DNA from: Hyalangium minutum
GTDB lineage: Bacteria > Myxococcota > Myxococcia > Myxococcales > Myxococcaceae
Assembly (NCBI RefSeq): GCF_000737315.1
Contig: NZ_JMCB01000032.1
Span: 5,792-69,791, forward strand
Direction: 5' to 3'
DNA length: 64,000 bases
In this document: one piece after another, positions 63,277 to 64,000 of the stretch
How positions within the stretch are numbered: the first letter of the stretch is position 1
Layout: the number at the start of each line of letters is the position of its first letter
The notes under the pieces: generated by a model
What the model was told of the DNA's origin: nothing
What the model saw: only the letters and a program-made list of their open reading frames with translations
Database searches by the model: none
Made by a program: the position numbers and the translations under genes

Positions 63277-64000
63277 TCACGGGATGGTGACCCCCAGGTG
63301 TTCCTTATTGCAGACCAGGATGCCGTTATTGTTGGAGACATCCAGGCACTGGGTGTAGTCGGCAATCGTGCTGTCATCGCGCGTCCGGGCGTACGTATTC
63401 GCCTGGGTCTTCGGCCCGCGGTCGCCGGGCGCGGACGGCTCGGGGCCGATGCACCTTGCTGTCACAGAGGTGCCCTTGAGCTCCAGGTCGAAGCAACTCA
63501 GCTTGTATGAGAAATCCTCGAGCTTCGGCATGCGGACCGTGATCGGGCCGGCCTCGGCGATCTTGGTCAGATCCTTGCGAACCAATTGAACCATGTGCTT
63601 GCCCAGCTTCGGCACGAGCAAGAAGCAATTGCCGTATGAGGAAGGAACAGCCGAGGGTTCGGGTTGGCAGCTTGAGAGCTGAGCGCCATTGGAGTCGACC
63701 AGGCGCGCGAAGTCACTGGCCTGCGGATTCTTGACGTGTGACCACCCGACCTGCACATGGTAGCTCAGGGCGGCTTCTGACGGTGCTGACAGCTGAGGTG
63801 GCAGGGCCGCGTTCGCCGCCATGGCTGCTTGTGATTCTGCGAGTGCCGCATTGTATTTTGCCTGCCGGGCTTGTGCCGCAAGACTGTTCACGTAGGCCTG
63901 GAACTCCTCTGCGGTCTTAGGATAGGTGATCGAGACGGGAGAGGGGGTGGGAGCAGGAGAGGGGGTGGGGGGTGGGGGCTGGTCCAGAGGGCCGTGGACC
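63277..64000 (-). CDS. Hypothetical protein with Pro-rich linker (5' end outside window)
   Basis: Frame stays open from GTG 63891 to the window edge (...DQPPPPTPSPAPTPSPVSITYPKTAEEFQAYVNS). Confidence 0.7.
   Translation of the reverse strand, partial: VHGPLDQPPPPTPSPAPTPSPVSITYPKTAEEFQAYVNSLAAQARQAKYNAALAESQAAMAANAALPPQLSAPSEAALSYHVQVGWSHVKNPQASDFARLVDSNGAQLSSCQPEPSAVPSSYGNCFLLVPKLGKHMVQLVRKDLTKIAEAGPITVRMPKLEDFSYKLSCFDLELKGTSVTARCIGPEPSAPGDRGPKTQANTYARTRDDSTIADYTQCLDVSNNNGILVCNKEHLGVTIP

Noticed and set aside
62110-64000. Prophage or active integrative element
   Set aside because: No integrase, transposase or phage gene recognisable within the window; only scars

Overview
GC-rich myxobacterial chromosome segment (Myxococcaceae/Archangiaceae-like, inferred from gene content). 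The backbone is core: tsaD-rsmA, fabF, deoxynucleoside kinase-panB-panC-smpB-sspB, a FecR/LysM/Cache-HAMP-HD-GYP cluster, rimP-nusA-ylxR-infB-DUF503-rbfA-truB-rpsO-pnp, dut, purB, purC, an RNA methyltransferase, HtrA, an OmpA/TSP3 protein, an M16 peptidase pair and tmRNA (ssrA, tag ANDNVELALAA). Five Ser/Thr kinase genes are present. Accessory-looking blocks lie at about 3.3-10.1 kb, 33-39.5 kb, 41.5-42.6 kb, 47.6-50.3 kb and after ssrA. The most interesting signals: (1) a three-gene unit, kinase + pentapeptide-repeat lipoprotein + kinase-NTPase-TPR (STAND-like), in which both kinases carry cyclase-like remnants; (2) a degenerate direct repeat of the tmRNA 3' end about 1 kb downstream, enclosing a low-GC ORF with nuclease/phosphatase (EEP)-like motifs in permuted order and abutting a decapitated SDR gene; (3) a CTGACATGTCAG palindrome arrayed at 21-bp phase at one intergenic site and recurring at a second; (4) a symmetric hairpin leader before panB; (5) readable operators for two TetR regulators and a sigma54 promoter with paired upstream palindromes. 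No CRISPR array, rRNA, intact tRNA, integrase or transposase was seen. All family calls are by motif recognition, not database search.
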